A stretch of DNA of 64,000 bases from contig NC_092674.1 in NCBI RefSeq assembly GCF_964355755.1, positions 26,908,001-26,972,000 of the forward strand, given 5' to 3'. A model generated the notes under the pieces. The model was not told the DNA's origin. It saw only the letters and a program-made list of their open reading frames with translations, and searched no databases. Every line of letters begins with the position of its first letter. Position 1 is the stretch's first letter. This document shows, piece by piece, positions 39,178-52,037 of the stretch. Made by a program: the position numbers and the translations under genes. Origin of the DNA: Antedon mediterranea (Eukaryota; Animalia; Echinodermata).

Positions 39178-39577
39178 GTTATTGCTATTGATCACGACAT
39201 TGGCCGAAATGGAGAAGTCAAATATTCTCTAGTTGATGGCGGTGACAACCGATTTAACATCAATGCAACAAGTGGAGAGATCATGCTTGTGAAGAAACTA
39301 GATCCTGGTAACCAGAATGAGGACTTTATACTGAGGATAAAGGCTAGTGACAAAGGTACTAAGAAACATAGTTCCGTGGTTGATGTCCCGATATCTGTTA
39401 TCAACAAGGCCATGCCAGTATTTGAGCAGCCTCAATATACAAAGACAATTGCCGAGGATATTCAGCTTCACACCGCAATTCTTCACATCCAAGCTACCAG
39501 TCCTGATGGACGCAAAGTCATCTACAGTATCAGCGGTGGTGATGATTTTAATCAGTTTGTAATTACAAATAAAACAG
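39178..39577 (+). CDS. FAT1: FAT exon, cadherin repeats
   Basis: tag|GTT...G|gtatgt; INKAMPVFE. Confidence 0.92.
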
Positions 39578-39916
39578 GTATGTTTCTATTTCTGCCACAC
39601 ATTGTTCCAAAACTTGTACTCCAAGACTGGATTTGGTACTAGTCCGAATTACTCTTGTCTGCAAGGATTTTTAACACTTCAATTTTTGGGCTACTCCAGT
39701 TCATATTATTGGGCTTACTTTTAAAAACAAGAAATGAATCTGGACTAGTAAAATCTACGGGAGGGAAAAAAAATTACCATAAATTGAAAATCGCATTCAG
39801 CATAAAAAAAAGTTACAAATGTCTATATTATATGATAATTTTGTAATATTACATAAAAATTATAGAATTGCTTTTTATTTCTTTACATATTGACTAAACT
39901 TTTTTTTATATTATAG

Positions 39917-40546
39917 GTGCATTAAAAGTGGTTGGCGCCATGGACTTTGAGGTAACGCAAACATTCCGACTGACTGTCCGTGCCAGTGACACTCTGACCG
40001 GTGCTTATGCCGAGGTTGTTGTGGTTATCACTATCGAAGATATCAATGATATTCGCCCTATCTTTGAAGTTCCAGAATACACCAACACACTTTCCGAGGC
40101 AGTCGCCGTTGGAACGTCAGTAGCCAACGTGAAAGCATATGACTACGATGCTGGGAAGAATGGAGTTGTGATGTATCAAATCGTTGAAGACGGTAGTATG
40201 ACGGATAGCTTTTACATCGACTCGTACAGTGGGTCAATCCTTACATCTAGGGTGCTGGATTACGAGTCTATCCAGAACCATAATTTCCTTGTGAGGGCGG
40301 TTGATGGTGGTGTGCCGCAATTGAGTAGTGAAACTCGTATCACTGTTAAGGTTACAGATTTGAATGATAACCCACCAGAGTTTACGCGGCCTAACTATGA
40401 GGCAACTATCAGTGAGTTGGCTGGGAAAGGAGCTTTTGTGTGTGTAGTGGCCGCCACAGATCCAGATGTCTCGGATATTAAAAAGCTTACTTACACTATC
40501 ATATCAGGAAATGATGAAATGAACTTTTATATTGGAAGTAGAACAG
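39917..40546 (+). CDS. FAT1: FAT exon, cadherin repeats
   Basis: tag|GT...G|gtaaga; LDYE, DLNDNPPEF. Confidence 0.92.
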
Positions 40547-40660
40547 GTAAGAAAGTTACGAAGTAAATTTTTAGGGAAAGTGAAATCTTTTATTTTGGAA
40601 TCAATATACAAAAAAAACAAGAGAAGAAAAAAACAATTTTGTTAAAATGTTTATTTACAG

Positions 40661-40972
40661 GTATTATTTCAATCACTAACACGCGTCAACCGAATCTAAA
40701 TCCGAATAAGACCTACATTTTGAACATATCCGTATCGGACACCGTCTTTACCAACAACGCTTACGTAGTCATTAACGTCGATGGCACCAATCAATATGCA
40801 CCTATGTTTACAATGTTTGAGTACAGCGTCTCGCTGGATGAAAATCAATCAATCGGAACAACTGTGACACATGTGTCGGCCTCTGATGATGATGAAGGAA
40901 CTGGCGGAATTGTTTCATACTCCATCATAGGAGAAGATATGGAGAGTAAGTTTATCATCGATGCCACAACTG
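40661..40972 (+). CDS. FAT1: FAT exon, cadherin repeats
   Basis: cag|GT...G|gtgagt; frame continuous with neighbours. Confidence 0.9.
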
Positions 40973-41392
40973 GTGAGTGTTATTTATTATTTTGGGTTTG
41001 ACAGTCAGCAGCTGAATATCACCATTCAAAGTTGTTTGATTTTGTTTATGATTTAAACCTTGTATCTGTATATGGCAATCTCTTTGACCATATTTTCTAA
41101 TAGCCCTTTTACATTGCCATGCAAGAAGTTTACCCTACACCAGGACGTCAACACCTCCATTTTTGTCTTGTGTATGGCCCAATATATGTAAACTTTGAAG
41201 TTTTGTTAGATGATGCGAAGGGGGTGGTATTTTACTTTTATTTAAGCCTACTTTCGACCCCTGGTTGGCAACAAGGGCATTAATTTCCACTTTCTTCCTT
41301 TTCCTTAATCTTCTTTTTTAACTTACCTTCATATCGCTTCGTTTTTTTTTTAAGCTTTAAAAATTCATAACCATTACCTCTGTTTTAAACAG

Positions 41393-41607
41393 GTGAAATT
41401 ACAACTGCCAGTGTGTTTGATCGTGAAAACCCGACCCAACGAACCATGTCCATTCCAATCATGGCGATTGATAAAGGACATAGAGCATCCTTCAGTTCAG
41501 TCAAGGTCATCTTAGAGGATACAAACGACAACCATCCAACGTTTGAAATCGCTAAATATGAAGCCTATATCTATCCTGATATGCAAGTAGAAGAACAAGT
41601 CTTACAG
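41393..41607 (+). CDS. FAT1: FAT exon, cadherin repeats
   Basis: cag|GT...CAG|gtattg; FDREN, DTNDNHPTF. Confidence 0.9.
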
Positions 41608-42193
41608 GTATTGTTACTTTATTCTTTAATTCACTACCCCCACAGGGATCTTGTTTCTACAACTAATAGAGCTCAAGTAAGATTTGAGGTACACCATGTT
41701 TTTTCCAAAGAGCTAGTACATTTGCTAGTCTAAACTTTAAAAAAAAAATGTATTCACTCCATACTTTTTTTTGTTCCATTTCGATTAATATGATTTGTTT
41801 TTATGTTAATGCAATTTGTTATAATTTTAAAGATAACATTACATGACTACAGACTATTTCCTTTGTAAGTTAACCAACTTTATTAATCATGAAATAAAAC
41901 AAATTTAGAAACACATGTCCGTCATATTGATAGACAGAGATCCTAGTGATTTCTGACAGTTGATAATTATCTTTGCCTGTACATATATATACTGATATAA
42001 GATCCTTCACTTAAATTTAAAAAGGGGAAACTATGTTCGCCCCTGGACAACAATCTTGCCTTTAGCAGAGCTCAATGGTTGCATCGACATCGACTATATA
42101 TGAAACATGAACTGCACTAACAAGGTGTAATAAGATCAAAAGAATACGGAGTACCTTAGATAGGATATACATTTGTTGTACATTGTCTTACAG

Positions 42194-42338
42194 GTCTATG
42201 CAGTGGATGCTGATAAGGACCAGAATGCCAGACTAACTTACTCCATCTTTGCTGGTGTGAACGATCGAGTCACAGAACTGTTCAAGATTAATTCAGCAGA
42301 TGGTTCTCTATTACTTAAAGCCCCACTTACTGGCAGAG
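42194..42338 (+). CDS. FAT1: FAT exon, cadherin repeats
   Basis: cag|GTC...G|gtttgt; AVDADKDQNA. Confidence 0.88.
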
Positions 42339-42953
42339 GTTTGTACAAAAGAAGAATACTGTATATCAGTGAGACCATGGGACCTGGGTATAAAATTTGG
42401 CAAAAATGAGGGGATGCGGGTATACTTAGCTTGCATTAATAGATTTACCAAAATGTTGTGTCTTAATTTAGTTGGTGGTGAGATTTTACTTTACAAGGGA
42501 TCATACTAATGTCATACTAATCCTATAAGTATAGAACCAATTCTTATATAATACAAATCAATAATAATAATTTTCTATTACTGTGATAAACTGTCCTACA
42601 TAAGGCAAATGTAGTGTCAATGTGATAATGTTATGTGGTTTTTGGTAGTTTTTATCAAATGTCATTTAAACATAAATCCATCTGTTTCTAATTCATTTAA
42701 ATGTTCTAATAGCTCTACGAGGAGGCAACATTCTTTATTAGCCAACAGGTTCATCCCGTTCTGTGCCTGGTAGCTTTCATACAAGATGAATCATTTAAGA
42801 AGTGTGTTTAAATTTGAACAATTTATTAAAAGAAGCCTACTGGTTATAATTGATATTGTGTGCAGGGAAATAAGCTATTTCCTATTCTGCAGCATTTAAT
42901 AGGAAAGTATGCCACATTTTCAAAGAGCATTATTGTGTATTGTTTTTCTTTAG

Positions 42954-44029
42954 AAACGAATGTGTTTCAGTTTTTTGTGCAAGCTGTTGACGGAGGTGAG
43001 AAGCCACTGAGAGGTGACGCACAGGTTGAAGTGTACATCCTGACCAGACAAGATGTATTGCCTATATTTGTTGATATCATCCCTCAGTTTAGCATCAACG
43101 AGAATGCGCAAGTTGGTACGATTGTCGACGTTGTCACCGCGATCCACAACGAAACGCTTATTTATAGCATCGTGCCTGGGAATCTAATTCGTACCAACAA
43201 CAGAAGCAAGTTCAGCGTAAACAATAAAGGAGAGGTTTTAGTAAACACTTTCTTGGACTATGAAACATGTGCTTGGTATACTCTTACAATTAAAGCGACA
43301 ACTGATACCATCCCGTCACTCGCATCGTTTAAGGAGGTACGTGTGGATGTGAAAGATGTAAACGACAATGCCCCACGGTTTGAGAGTAGTAATTACGATA
43401 TTAAGATACCGGAAAATGCACCGGTGGATTACTCCGTACTTAGAGTACACGCCTACGACAAAGATACAACCAGTCAAATTGAGTACAGCTTGTCGAATGA
43501 ATTGAATGACGTATCCGAAATCTTCTCAATTGATAGCGAGACGGGATGGATAACGACAAATATTGAGCTTGATCGCGAAACAAAGCCAATTTACCATTTT
43601 ACCGTAAAAGCGAGACATACAGTGGATGAAGATGATGAAGTAGAGGCTAATGTTCGTTCAGCCGTGGCTAGCGTAACGGTTAACGTAATGGATGTGAATG
43701 ACAGCCCTCCACGATTCACATCCACGTTGAACCCAGTCACCGTGCCGGAAGATATTGAGCCCCCTTTTGTCATAATAAAAGTCTCTGCCGATGACGCTGA
43801 TGATAAAATGAACGCAATGATCACGTACCATATTGCGGGCGGTGATCCTTTCGGTCAATTTCTTATTGATTCGAATACTGGGAAAATTTCCACTACAAAG
43901 ATGTTGGATCGGGAATTTAAAAAGAAGTACGTAATTACAATCATCGCTACCGATGGCGTGTTTTTCGATACAACGAATGTTACAGTTCTTGTAGGAGACG
44001 TCAATGATAATGCTCCTGTCTGCATCCAG
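42954..44029 (+). CDS. FAT1: FAT exon, cadherin repeats
   Basis: tag|AA...CAG|gttagc; several DVNDNAP motifs. Confidence 0.92.
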
Positions 44030-44503
44030 GTTAGCTTAAATTTTTACTTTTTTATTGATAGCATACTTTTATGTAAGACATCAAATTAAAATTAAGATTT
44101 GTAGCATTATATATTTAAATCCTAACAAATAGCCAGTTATTTATACAGTCATCAATTTTTAACTTTCCATTTTTTGTCACAGTAGAACCCCTATTCGATG
44201 GACACTCTTTTGAAAGTATTCTTTTTCCATGAAATGCAATGTATATGTTAATTAACACTTATGGCCAACCCCTATTCAGTGGCGCATTCCTATAAAGAGG
44301 AGAGTTCGCTGGGTCCTGAAAATTCTCCGTTTATAGATGTTCTATTTTATATGAAAAATGTCTGAGTAATGGGACCTCCCACTTTGAAGGAACACTGTTG
44401 TATTAACATAGATTGTTACAGAAGTCTTAGAACCTTCTCTTAAACTCATGCGTGTGTACATACATACCAGGCTATATAAATATCACTATTCTCTGTCATT
44501 TAG

Positions 44504-44657
44504 ATGCTTTATTCCGAGTTATTTATTGAGAGTCTGGGTGTAAGCAGCTATATTGTTGAAGTCTGGGCGGAGGATGCCGATGCTAGCGCCAACTCAAGGA
44601 TCACGTTTACACTCTTTGGTGAAGGAGCTGAAGATTTTAATATCGGTTCAGAATCCG
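44504..44657 (+). CDS. FAT1: FAT exon, cadherin repeats (true frame not in ORF track)
   Basis: tag|ATG...G|gtaagt; MLYSELFIESLGVSSYIVEVWAEDADASANSRITF. Confidence 0.88.
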
Positions 44658-44887
44658 GTAAGTTGTTTTTTTCAGGAAAATAAATTTAAAAAATTGACTG
44701 ATGATGAGAAATTGACAAAATACCTAATGAGTGAACTACCCAAATTGACCTAAAAAGACATGGATACCACTTTTGCCTAAATATTGATGAATGTCAATTT
44801 TTCATAAATGGACCCAGTCTACTCAAATGAGGATGTCATAAATCATCATAAATCCTATAGAAATAATTAAACTTCTTTTTTTTATAG

Positions 44888-45121
44888 GTATTTTAAGAAC
44901 TGCTGCCTTATTGGATCGTGAAACACGAAGCAAATACCTATTGAAAGTGAACGCCACAGATGGAGGAGGTCTTAGTTGTACTTCAGATCTTATTATTTCT
45001 CTTATGGATGATAACGATAACCCACCGATATTTGAACCTACCATTATTACGGAAGCGTTCAGTGAAAACACACCTACTGGATCGTTGTTGACAAGGGTAC
45101 AGGCTATCGATCCAGATGAAG
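44888..45121 (+). CDS. FAT1: FAT exon, cadherin repeats
   Basis: tag|GT...G|gtatga; LDRE, DDNDNPPIF. Confidence 0.9.
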
Positions 45122-45448
45122 GTATGACAACAACCAATCCCAGATTTATAATGAATCTGAGAAATTGGTATTCAAACGCATTTTAAAGATTGTGTACTGT
45201 TTGCAAGCTTTGATAGGACACTTTCACTCCCTCTTTAAAAAATCCCCCTGCCTCCCCCCTGCTTAGTTATAATATATTATTTGTAGTACAGAGGCATGCT
45301 ATTCATTTGTGTATCTTTGAATGGTAGTCCTGTACTGGAGGCTGGTAAAACAGTAGCCATGCCTGGAGTATAAAAGGTATAATTTCTAAGGCTTAAAAGA
45401 TGCTTGAAATTTTATAGTGATTTATATGTTATTTTTATTTCTTTTTAG

Positions 45449-45826
45449 GAACAAACCGTCAGTTTGTGTATTCCTTCATTGATTCGGCTGGAGGTATGTT
45501 CGGCATTGATCGCAAACTAGGAATAATCTCATTACTAAAGGGTTTAGATCGTGAATTCAGAGACACATACAATTTAACCATACAAGCCACCGATACACAG
45601 AAGAGTGAGATGAGTTCAATCGCATACTTGGTAGTGAAAGTGTTGGACGAGGACGACAACGCACCTATCTTTGAGTACGAAAATTATCACGTGAACGTAA
45701 GTGAGGATGTGGATGTAGGTGCGAGTATTTCCAAGGTTCTCGCAACCAGTGAAGACATTGAAGTGATAACTTATTCGATTACAGGAGGAAACGAACACGG
45801 AAAATTCAACATTCATCCAGACTCTG
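45449..45826 (+). CDS. FAT1: FAT exon, cadherin repeats
   Basis: tag|GA...G|gtacag; LDRE, DEDDNAPIF. Confidence 0.9.
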
Positions 45827-45862
45827 GTACAGTTTAATAGTTTTTAATTTTTGTTGATAAAC

Positions 45863-45925
45863 TAGCTTGGTGGTTAACATGCTTTTAATCCCAAGGTGCA
45901 TGGTTCAATCCTGACCTAGTGCCAG
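45863..45925 (+). mobile_element. tRNA-derived SINE head fragment
   Basis: A-box-like TAGCTTGGTGG and B-box-like GGTTCAATCC; cloverleaf degenerate. Confidence 0.5.
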
Positions 45926-46221
45926 TGTCGTAACTCACATCTCTTTCTACTCCACTCTCTAAGCTTCAAATAAGACAAAGCATGGTTATAGTTTATCCAT
46001 CCTATAATTGGCAAGTTACTTGCTGTTCGATGTTTTAAAATAAAAAAGATTGAGCAAAATTAAAGCTGCTGAAATTATCTTATCTTATAACATGACAAAA
46101 AGGCCCTTAAAAAAGAGTGCTTATTTTATGACGATCGTTCTGCTTTATTGCTGCTACTAATGTTGCTATTATTTATTGATACTACTATTTATTAATATCT
46201 TTTTTGTTGACAATTGTATAG

Positions 46222-46436
46222 GTTTGATAACTGTTGCTGACACGCTGGACTTTGAGGAGTCCAGAGAGTTCTACCTAACCATTCAAGCATCGGACAATGG
46301 TCAGCAGCAACAGATTGACATCGCCACAGTTAACATCATAATACTGGATGCAAACGACAACAAACCATATTTCAGTCAACAGATCTACAATGCTGTGATC
46401 AACGAGGCATCACAAGTCGGAGATAGTATTGTTCAG
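46222..46436 (+). CDS. FAT1: FAT exon, cadherin repeats
   Basis: tag|GT...CAG|gttggt; LDFE, DANDNKPYF. Confidence 0.9.
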
Positions 46437-46778
46437 GTTGGTGACATTTGAATATATTATAATAAATATTTATATTTTTAAAATGCAGATACAGATTGAT
46501 ATTGTGCTTTGGTTATATTATAACACACTTGATTCATCTGATTATTTGTGAATTATTTTTATATTATCTTTGTACTAATTTATTTGATTGCTAGTGTTGG
46601 TTAATTATTTTTGCACTTATATGAGCCCAATCAGAAACAAACGATAGCCTTTTGCCAAAACATAAATTGAATATGCAATATATCATTTTTTCAAAAATTT
46701 GTTTGAAAAAAAATTATTTTTTATTTTTGCTACGTTCATGAAATTTACACAATATTAATATTGTTTGCTTGTGTGTAG

Positions 46779-46922
46779 GTTTTGGCCACAGATCAGGATT
46801 CTGGTGACTTTGGCAAAGTACAGTATAAGATAGTGAGGCAGAATCTTCAAGGAGAGCCCAAGTTTGAAATGAATGAGAAGGATGGATTGATAAGTCTAGC
46901 AGCTCTTGTAGATAGAGAGGAG
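46779..46922 (+). CDS. FAT1: FAT exon, cadherin repeats
   Basis: tag|GTT...GAG|gtttgt; ATDQDSG, VDREE. Confidence 0.9.
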
Positions 46923-47269
46923 GTTTGTACACTAGATTTCCTATGTAAAGCTTGGTTCTTACAATGACATAACCGCAAGTAACTTTGACCATTCATGACG
47001 CGATGGATCATCCGACTGTCGTTTGTGATTGGGTAACTCACTTGCGCCTACTTCAAGTGGGAACCAGGCTTTAGTTCTCACAACACTAGTTTTCCTATGT
47101 TTCTTTTTGACTTTGGTGTGTCTCCAGCCCCTCCCCTTGTTTCCCCTTGCCTCACCTCCAACCCTTCTCTTCAATCCAATAAATATACTTTACTTAATTA
47201 CTATACTAATATAACTAGTAATATTTACAAATAGGCAAAATTAAAATTGAAACTTTTATTTTGTTAAAG

Positions 47270-48500
47270 ATGGCGGCATACACTATAACTGTTCGTGCCA
47301 TTGACGGTGGGAGTCCGCCTATGTCTACCGATGTCTCCATCCAAGTGATAATAAGCGACATAAATGACAACAGTCCTCGTTTTTCAAAGAACAACTACAC
47401 CGTTGTTATCCTAGAAGAAACATTCCCTGTGACCAACCTGAAATTGCTGGAAGTCAGTGACCTTGATTCGCTAAATAATGGACCACCGTTTATGTTTGAG
47501 ATCACACAAGGCAACGAGGAAGGTCTGTTTGGAATCACGGAGACTGGGATGCTGCAAGCAGTCAAGCACATCAGTCAGAAGGAACCGCGAACGGTTAGGA
47601 TCGTTGTCAGAGCTACTGACAGCGGAACTCCCAGCTTATCGGAAGAAACATACGTTAATGTTATCATAACAGAATCCACTCATCCTCCTGTACCTTTCAC
47701 TCCGCTACAAATATCTATCAATAGTTTCCCTGAATACTTCCCAGCTGGATTTATTGGCAAGGTTCATGCGACAGATTCAGACAGTCATGATGAACTGGAG
47801 TATGCCTTTGTGTCGGAACCACGACAGTTCAGCGTACAAAGTGATAGCGGGAAAATCTTCATAAAACCCAAACCACAAGATGACCACTACGAGCTGAATG
47901 TCAGTATTACGGATCACAAGTTCATCGTATATGCAGATGTCTTTGTCGATGTTGCCTTTATCTCACAAGATATGTTGGACAACGCTATGATGATCACGGT
48001 CAGAGGTGTCTCTACTGAAGTCTTCCTCTTTGACTACTATGCTATTTTTAAGAACTCTCTTGCCGGTACATTTGCCTTCTCTGACCAACAAGATGTAGAT
48101 GCTGACGACATAAAAGTTATAACAATCCAAGAATCAAGCTCTCAATCCCAGAGAAGTCGGAGAAGTGCAAAATCTCAGGACGTGGATGTAATTTTTGCTG
48201 TGCAACACTCGACTAAGAATGATGTGTACTTGCGGCCTAAACCACTGATCCGCCTCATCAACAGTAGTAAGACCAGCCTCGGAGAGCGCATGGGTATTGA
48301 GGTTGTATCTGCATACTCCGACATCTGCCAGATGAACACATGTCCAAAGAATGCTCGGTGCAAGAGCAAACTCATACAAGATGCTATTAGACCAGCTATC
48401 GTCGCATCAAAGAGGATGAGCCTCGTCTCCGTGCGTATGGACTGGGATGTACAGTGCATCTGTAAGAGTGAGGGTGAATGCGGAACTCCTGCTCCACCTG
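47270..48500 (+). CDS. FAT1: FAT exon, last cadherin repeats and Cys-rich linker
   Basis: aag|ATG...G|gtgagt; FPAGFIGKVHATDSD; RSRR furin-type site. Confidence 0.92.
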
Positions 48501-48634
48501 GTGAGTCATTGCTAGTTTCTGTTTTTAGATTTGTTCCTAAAAACATGATTTTTACTTAATAATTGATATTTATTTGTTTCTGTGTGAGTTATATACTGAT
48601 AGGGTATATTAACCTATTTTCATTTCTTTCATAG

Positions 48635-48795
48635 CTCTCGCAATGAGCTTCTCCGGTAACAATTTTATGCAGTATACTGCTGGAGGAAATGAGCTTTTTG
48701 ATAGAGCAACTTTCTCGTCATCGATTCGTACCATCCAAGCAAACGGAATCATTATGTATGGTGATGGAAATCTACCAGATTTCAGTCTTCTTGAG
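48635..48795 (+). CDS. FAT1: FAT exon, laminin G start (not in ORF track)
   Basis: tag|CT...GAG|gtcagt; MSFSGNNFMQY...SIRTIQANGIIMY. Confidence 0.88.
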
Positions 48796-49065
48796 GTCAG
48801 TTAAAACATTGTTGTTTGCATTTTAATAATCTTGTGTGGAATACAGGATTTCCAACCAATTTACTACTACTATTAAGGTTCAATCTTTGGGACCCAACAA
48901 AGCATTAATATGCGTGTCCCCTGAATAGTTGTTGCCCATAGTTGTAAAACATATATTGTCCCTCATTGGTTTGAAGGTCCTCCTAATAGGTATATCCCCT
49001 GAAAAGGTGTGTCTCAAATTATCAAATGAATTAAATCTGAAATGCAACAATACTTTTTTTTAAAG

Positions 49066-50350
49066 ATTAAGCATGGTTACGTGCAATACAGTTTCAACTG
49101 TGGCAGTGGTGAAGGTGTGATTACAATAGAACAAACTAAGATCAATGATGGCGAATGGCATCAGGTTGAAGTCAGGCGTGTCAACAGCCAAGCATTTCTG
49201 ACCTTAGATCGCAGCATCACAGAATCCGGAACAGCTCCCGGCAACCATGAAGATGTCAACATCGACAGAATCTACGTAGGAGGAAAAGTTGTCGGTGATA
49301 AAAAGCGTACAAGTAGGGATATATCATCAGTTTCTAACGGGTTCCAAGGATGTATGGAAGATGTGTTCTTGAATGGACAGCCACTTACTGCATCTGGTGA
49401 TGATGTTGATCCAAGTGCACCAGGTACCTGTCCTGCCGTGTTTCCTCAACATTGTGATAGCAACCCATGTCAGAATCAAGGCCAATGTACCAATCTTGAT
49501 TTCAGTTATGAGTGCAAATGCGCATCAGGATGGCACGGACTACGGTGTGAATTCCGTGACAGCTGTATTGATGACCCTTGTCAGAATGGTGGCATGTGTG
49601 AACGGATTAAAGATGACTTCAATTGTGTATGTCCTGGAAATGAAATTTGTACAAACTTCTGCGCCAGCTCGCCTTGTCTGAATGGAGGATTATGTACAGA
49701 AAGTCGTCAAGGGCCAAAATGCGTGTGTAATCAATTTGAAGGTGAACGATGTGAGTTTGATATCGACGAGTGTTTATCAAGTCCATGCAATCCAGGTCAC
49801 TTCTGTAAAAACCTCCCTGGCCTGTATAAATGTCTGGACTGCAGTATGTCAACTGAACCAGAGTGCAATGAAGTGTCAATGAACATCAAATCAAGTCCTT
49901 TAAATTTTAACAAAGAAGAAATAATCGGTGGTGGTTTATGCATATTCATTATTATCATAATCGTTATTATCTTTACGCTTGTTGTGAGACGCCGACGTCG
50001 ACGCCGTTACCATGATACAGACTCAAACCAACCGGTAACGAGGCTTGACAACAGGCATGACTACAAACGTGATAAGGTCTCGAATCTTGATGTACACCAC
50101 GTTGTTCACAACCCGCCACCTGTACCGATTCGTCCGCGGTCTTATACGCCAAGTAATCATAACTCGTTGAATAATTTAAATGATAACGAGCGTTATTATG
50201 ATTCTCATGATGGGCAGAATGTGTATCAGGGCCTACCAGTCAGTCAGCCACCTTCTCTTCACCCTATTCCATCCAACTCTGATAGCGATTCCATTGCAAA
50301 ACCACATTGGGACTTTGATAACAGAAGTGGAACTGGCAGCTTTGTTGATG
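49066..50350 (+). CDS. FAT1: FAT exon, LamG, ~4 EGF, TM and proximal cytoplasmic domain
   Basis: YSFNCGSG, INDGEWH, EGF Cys patterns, hydrophobic TM followed by R7; PPPVPIRPRSYTPS and SDSDSIAKPHWDFD resemble FAT1/3 tail motifs. Confidence 0.94.
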
Positions 50351-50732
50351 GTAAGTTTTAATCTATATTTACTTGCATACATCTCGTAGCCCTTTCACCA
50401 TGCCTAGAAAATATCTGTTCACACACACAAAGGTGCACACTGTACAAAACACAGGTGTTAAGACGATGTAAAATAGGTATTATATACTGCATCATAAAAT
50501 TTTCTAAACCTGTTATACAATTCCTCTGTGGTATTAGTGGTTGACACTCACCCTGTAAAAAAAATGCCATGGTTCAAATCCAGCCTTATAGTACATTGGT
50601 ATTTACTTGAATGTTTGAGAAGATGGTACTTTTAGAGTCTTTTGTATGCTAGTACCTTTAACATAGCAATACTAAGTGATAATATTTTAAAACGTCTAAC
50701 AATTAAAATCAAATTTTTATTTTTTAATAAAG

Positions 50733-50900
50733 GGAAAGAGAGTCACCATAACATTCCAGTAAACGTCCCCCCTATTCATCAACCCCCTCCCCCTGTCAGA
50801 CCACCAATTCGTCACCCCATCTACAGGAAAGATGCGGACCTTACATCTATGAGTTCAATTAACACAGTAAATACAGAAAATGAAGAGGATAATCTGCCAG
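50733..50900 (+). CDS. FAT1: FAT exon, cytoplasmic Pro-rich
   Basis: aag|GG...G|gttagt; symmetric phase 1, 168 nt. Confidence 0.85.
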
Positions 50901-51519
50901 GTTAGTTTTTAAAACTTTTGTTAACACAATAGTAGATCTGGTTTACACTGGCGTCTGTAAAAATTATAATTTACTTTTTTTACTGTCACTTTTATAAATA
51001 TTTTTTTCTTCAGAAACATTATCCTCTTTTACAACCCTTGACCTGGGAAACTTATGTGGACAATTCATTATTGCCAATATTTGTTAGTCTATAATCTATA
51101 CTCTATTGAACAGGTTATCTGAAATTATTGTATTTATTTTTTTATATATATATATTAAACACAAATTAAAAGTTTCCTAATGGTTTAAGATTTAATTTTA
51201 AATTTTTACCTCTTTATTGTTTCATTCAACGTAAAATAATGTGCAATTTAAAATCTTTTTTTTTTTTCGTTCATGTCTGTATTCACATATGTATTTATAT
51301 GTTTACTTTTCATTGATAAATATATTTTTTACACTATTATAAATTGTCCTGCATTGCAGATAAATTGTTATTTTAGATTTAGTAGTGTCATTTCTGAATT
51401 TAATATAACTTATTTTGCTGCTACTTTTGTAATGGTAGTGCGTATGTGTTTACAGCACATAGTTCTAATTGATAAAGAGATCAAAGCACTTTATACACAT
51501 GTCAGATGCTATTTGAAAT

Positions 51520-51702
51520 TGTTCACATGCAGTTGTTTAATTATCACATGTAGCTATAAAATTGTCACATGTACTTACAAGCCTTCTACATGTAGTCCAT
51601 GGAAATAATCACATGTAGTTAAAGAATGATCACATGAAGAAAAGAATGATCACATGTAGTAAAAGAATGATCACATGAAGTAAAAGAATAATCACATGCA
51701 GT
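51520..51702. repeat. ~20-bp minisatellite with TCACATG core
   Basis: AAAGAATGATCACATG(A/T)AG repeated about 5 times, with degenerate copies upstream. Confidence 0.8.
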
Positions 51703-52037
51703 CTTCACATTTTTTTATTAAAATTTGTCGAGTATTATACATTTATTTACAAGTAGTATCTTAGTATTTTTTGTAGTGCTTTTATTAGTTTTCATTGAAA
51801 TAGAAATATGACTGCATGTCATTGTCTTTTGAATGAAAAGATAATAAAATCACATTTTTATTTACTAAAACTATCATTTATATTACTGGTGCATTTTTAA
51901 AAAATCATCAGAAATGACCTTTGTATTCACAGATTGTGGGTGTAGTGTTGTGTCGTTTTATTTTTACTGCATTGTTTGATGTGTTTCTCACATTTCTTTC
52001 TTCTTGACACTATTTCCTTACCTTTTTCAAACACAAG

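Noticed and set aside
45863-45925. Functional tRNA gene
   Set aside because: Anticodon and acceptor stems are not intact; more likely a SINE head.
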